Positions 61,702 to 64,000 of a DNA stretch of 64,000 bases are shown here, piece after piece. The position numbers and the translations under genes are program-made. The stretch comes from an uncultured Acidobacteriota bacterium (GTDB lineage Bacteria; Acidobacteriota; Thermoanaerobaculia; UBA5066). Under the pieces are notes generated by a model. It was not told the origin of the DNA and ran no database searches. It saw only the letters and a program-made list of their open reading frames with translations. Numbering within the stretch: position 1 is the stretch's first letter; each line of letters opens with the position of its first letter. The DNA is taken from the NCBI GenBank assembly GCA_963779415.1, contig CAVZYA010000001.1:2120207-2184206 (forward strand), read 5' to 3'.

Positions 61702-63951
61702 ATGAGACGAGTTCTCGTTCTCAGCATTATCGCCGCAGTCCCGGTCTTTTCCTGCCTTCTCGGCCGGGGTCCCGCGCTCGCCGACGCTTGCGACACGCCG
61801 CCGCCCCCCCGCTTCCAGCCCGGCCAGAACGACCACTACCCGCACGGAGCGGACGTCATCACCTGCACGAAGCCCGCGCCCGGGCGGGAAGCGTGGCACA
61901 TCGAGTTTCCCTCCGTCGACCGGTCGCTCACCGACTACACCGCCATCCGGTTGAACCCGGGCGACGTCGTCCGGCTCTCGGCCTCAGGTTGTGTTCAGAC
62001 CGGCGGTTGGGGATCGACGTGGAAGCGGTACGTCGACCCCGACGACGGCAACGGACACCTCGACTCCCAGTACTACGGGACCGTGCAGATCGCAGGTGTC
62101 ACGGGCGACAACAACCCTCAGACGCTAAAGCACTGGATCGGTCCTTCCTTCGTTGTGCCCGCCGCCGGCCACTTCGCCCTCGGTTACGTGGATGACGGCG
62201 GCATAGGCGACAACGGGTACTGGAATCACGACGACGGCGTCAACAACCAGTGCGCGGGGGTCTACAAGGCCGTCGTGGACCTCGTCATCGACCGCGGCGC
62301 CACCCCCTCGTGCCGCGACTGCGGGCCGTGGACCGCCTCCTCGAAGACGCCGGTCGCCCCCGACGTGCCGGAGCTAGCCCGGGTCGTGACCCTTCTGCGC
62401 TCGCAGGCGGAAGTGCCCTTCGGGCTACCCATGACGCCGGACGCCCACGACGCCGCCATCACGCACTTCCAGATTTTCCAGGATGGTTCGCCGGACGGGA
62501 AGACGACGCTCAGCAACCGGCCCCTCAATTCCGCCGAGATGCACGCGGATGGCTGCATCTATCTTGCCTTTACGCCGACGGAAGCTCCGATCTGGTATCC
62601 GGCTGATCTTGCGTTCGACAAGAGCCCGCAGCGCGACTGGCAGGCGAGGCCCTGGGATCTCCCGCTCTCCGGCGTCGGCTTCGTCGACCTGCAAGCCCTC
62701 AACCGCGATCCGGCCTCCTGGAGGCCCACGTTTCTGCCCGGGTTCTGCGGCGGCGCGGGAACGTCGTGGCGGTCGAGCGCGCCGCGCTGGATCAAGGTGT
62801 GTGCGCCCCGACGGGTCCCGCCGGCCGAATGGACCGCCGGGAATCTCGCCGGCTTTCCGACGGCCGACCCCCCAGGCGCCGGGATCGGACAGTCCGGAGC
62901 GATCTGCAAGTGGGAGATCAAGCATGCGCCCGATACCTCTGACGGGTGCATTCACTGGGACGATCCGGAGTGGACGGTCGTGAGAGATCACGCCTTCCTC
63001 AGCGCCCAAGGTCTCGTGACGAACTCCTTTCTCTCGGGAGGCGACTGGAGCGGCGACCACAACGGCATGCCGGACGGCCGTTACATCGGGGTGCACACAG
63101 ACGTCATGACGCACAACGACGCCGTCCAGAACTGCCCGGATCTCTCGACCGCCGACAACGGCCAGCAATGCGCCGATTGGGAGATCAACCTCCTCCCCGA
63201 TGCCGACTTCCGGCACCTTCTGGCGCGTGACGAGTCGATGCTCCACGACCGCGACGGGGGTGACTGCCAGTCCAAGCACAGCGAGTACCGGCAGGGAAAC
63301 CAGGTTGCAGACCTGCGCGGTGCGCTCGGGGTCGAAGGGGAGCAGTGGTACTACCCGGTCGGCTTTCGCCCCGAACCAGGGGACCGGGCCGTCGTGCGCG
63401 GCCTCTGGATCATCGACTGCGGTCATCCCGACTGGCATGCGGAGCTTCACCCGGCCAGCCTTCTCGAGAGTTCCTACCTGCAGACCGCAGACTACGCGCC
63501 GGTGCTTGGCGCCACCTGGAACAGGCCCCTCCGGCTGACAGGAAACTGGCGGGCCCTGACGGGCGGGGCACCGGCCGTCGTGACGAAGATCGTCGCGTCA
63601 CCGGTCTTCGCCGAGAGATCGTTGGAGATCGACGTATGGCCGCCGGCCCGCCCCTGTCCGGCGGCGCGCCTCAAGACTGCACGCGAGGCCGAGCAGGCGG
63701 ACCCGAGGTGGTCCGGAGTGCAGATCACGGAAACGCTCCTGCCCGCCGACGGCAACCCGAATCACCTGCACCTGACCATCAAGCGAAAGCCCTTCACCCT
63801 CAACTATGGCGGGGACGGGGACGTGCAGAACCCGGACTCCCGCCTGACCTTCTTCACCGCTTACATGGCGTGGTGGTCTGTGGACAAGGAGGCCTGCGGC
63901 CGGCCGAACGTGCGCCCGACACCCGATGAGCAGGGCGGTGACCCCCGGTGA
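61702..63951 (+). CDS. Hypothetical secreted Cys/Trp-rich multidomain protein
   Basis: RBS GGAGG, ATG 61702, signal peptide; about 749 aa; IRLNPGDVVRLSASG...GYVDD..GDNG, and C-terminal GLWIIDCGH...ELHP. Confidence 0.8.
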   Translation: MRRVLVLSIIAAVPVFSCLLGRGPALADACDTPPPPRFQPGQNDHYPHGADVITCTKPAPGREAWHIEFPSVDRSLTDYTAIRLNPGDVVRLSASGCVQTGGWGSTWKRYVDPDDGNGHLDSQYYGTVQIAGVTGDNNPQTLKHWIGPSFVVPAAGHFALGYVDDGGIGDNGYWNHDDGVNNQCAGVYKAVVDLVIDRGATPSCRDCGPWTASSKTPVAPDVPELARVVTLLRSQAEVPFGLPMTPDAHDAAITHFQIFQDGSPDGKTTLSNRPLNSAEMHADGCIYLAFTPTEAPIWYPADLAFDKSPQRDWQARPWDLPLSGVGFVDLQALNRDPASWRPTFLPGFCGGAGTSWRSSAPRWIKVCAPRRVPPAEWTAGNLAGFPTADPPGAGIGQSGAICKWEIKHAPDTSDGCIHWDDPEWTVVRDHAFLSAQGLVTNSFLSGGDWSGDHNGMPDGRYIGVHTDVMTHNDAVQNCPDLSTADNGQQCADWEINLLPDADFRHLLARDESMLHDRDGGDCQSKHSEYRQGNQVADLRGALGVEGEQWYYPVGFRPEPGDRAVVRGLWIIDCGHPDWHAELHPASLLESSYLQTADYAPVLGATWNRPLRLTGNWRALTGGAPAVVTKIVASPVFAERSLEIDVWPPARPCPAARLKTAREAEQADPRWSGVQITETLLPADGNPNHLHLTIKRKPFTLNYGGDGDVQNPDSRLTFFTAYMAWWSVDKEACGRPNVRPTPDEQGGDPR

Positions 63952-64000
63952 CCTGCTCCCTGAAAACGGATCCACGGAGGGTGTGAGTTCTCCATAGACT

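Overview
High-GC bacterial window, a patchwork of unrelated accessory genes. The repeated '[23 protein letters not shown]' Ser/Thr kinases, an ECF sigma-kinase pair and the DUF1800/DUF1501 pair suggest Acidobacteriota, possibly Thermoanaerobaculia-like; this is inference, not verified. Recognisable modules: a Tat-exported two-subunit Mo-oxidoreductase; a qNOR/Ric/Crp-Fnr nitric-oxide module with a palindromic operator; a TonB receptor; a ClC channel; a radical SAM enzyme; an M13 peptidase; two OmpA proteins; an ECF-kinase pair facing a secreted glycosidase-like operon; a metallophosphoesterase/USP-PLD/lipase operon; and a divergent sigma54 locus with ftsH and a PAS-AAA activator. No rRNA, tRNA, CRISPR array, transposase or integrase was seen. 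Most interesting signals: (1) a lone Twinkle/T7-gp4-like Zn-primase-helicase with a degenerate TOPRIM motif; (2) a kinase gene flanked by a 510-bp, slightly diverged duplication of an MFS gene 3' end; (3) a dispersed structured ~74-bp repeat; (4) stubs of kinase 5' ends at gene junctions, suggesting gene shuffling without a recombinase. The 45.6-58.5 kb stretch has many single-base frameshifts, probably sequencing errors. All calls are from motif recognition by eye; no searches were run.
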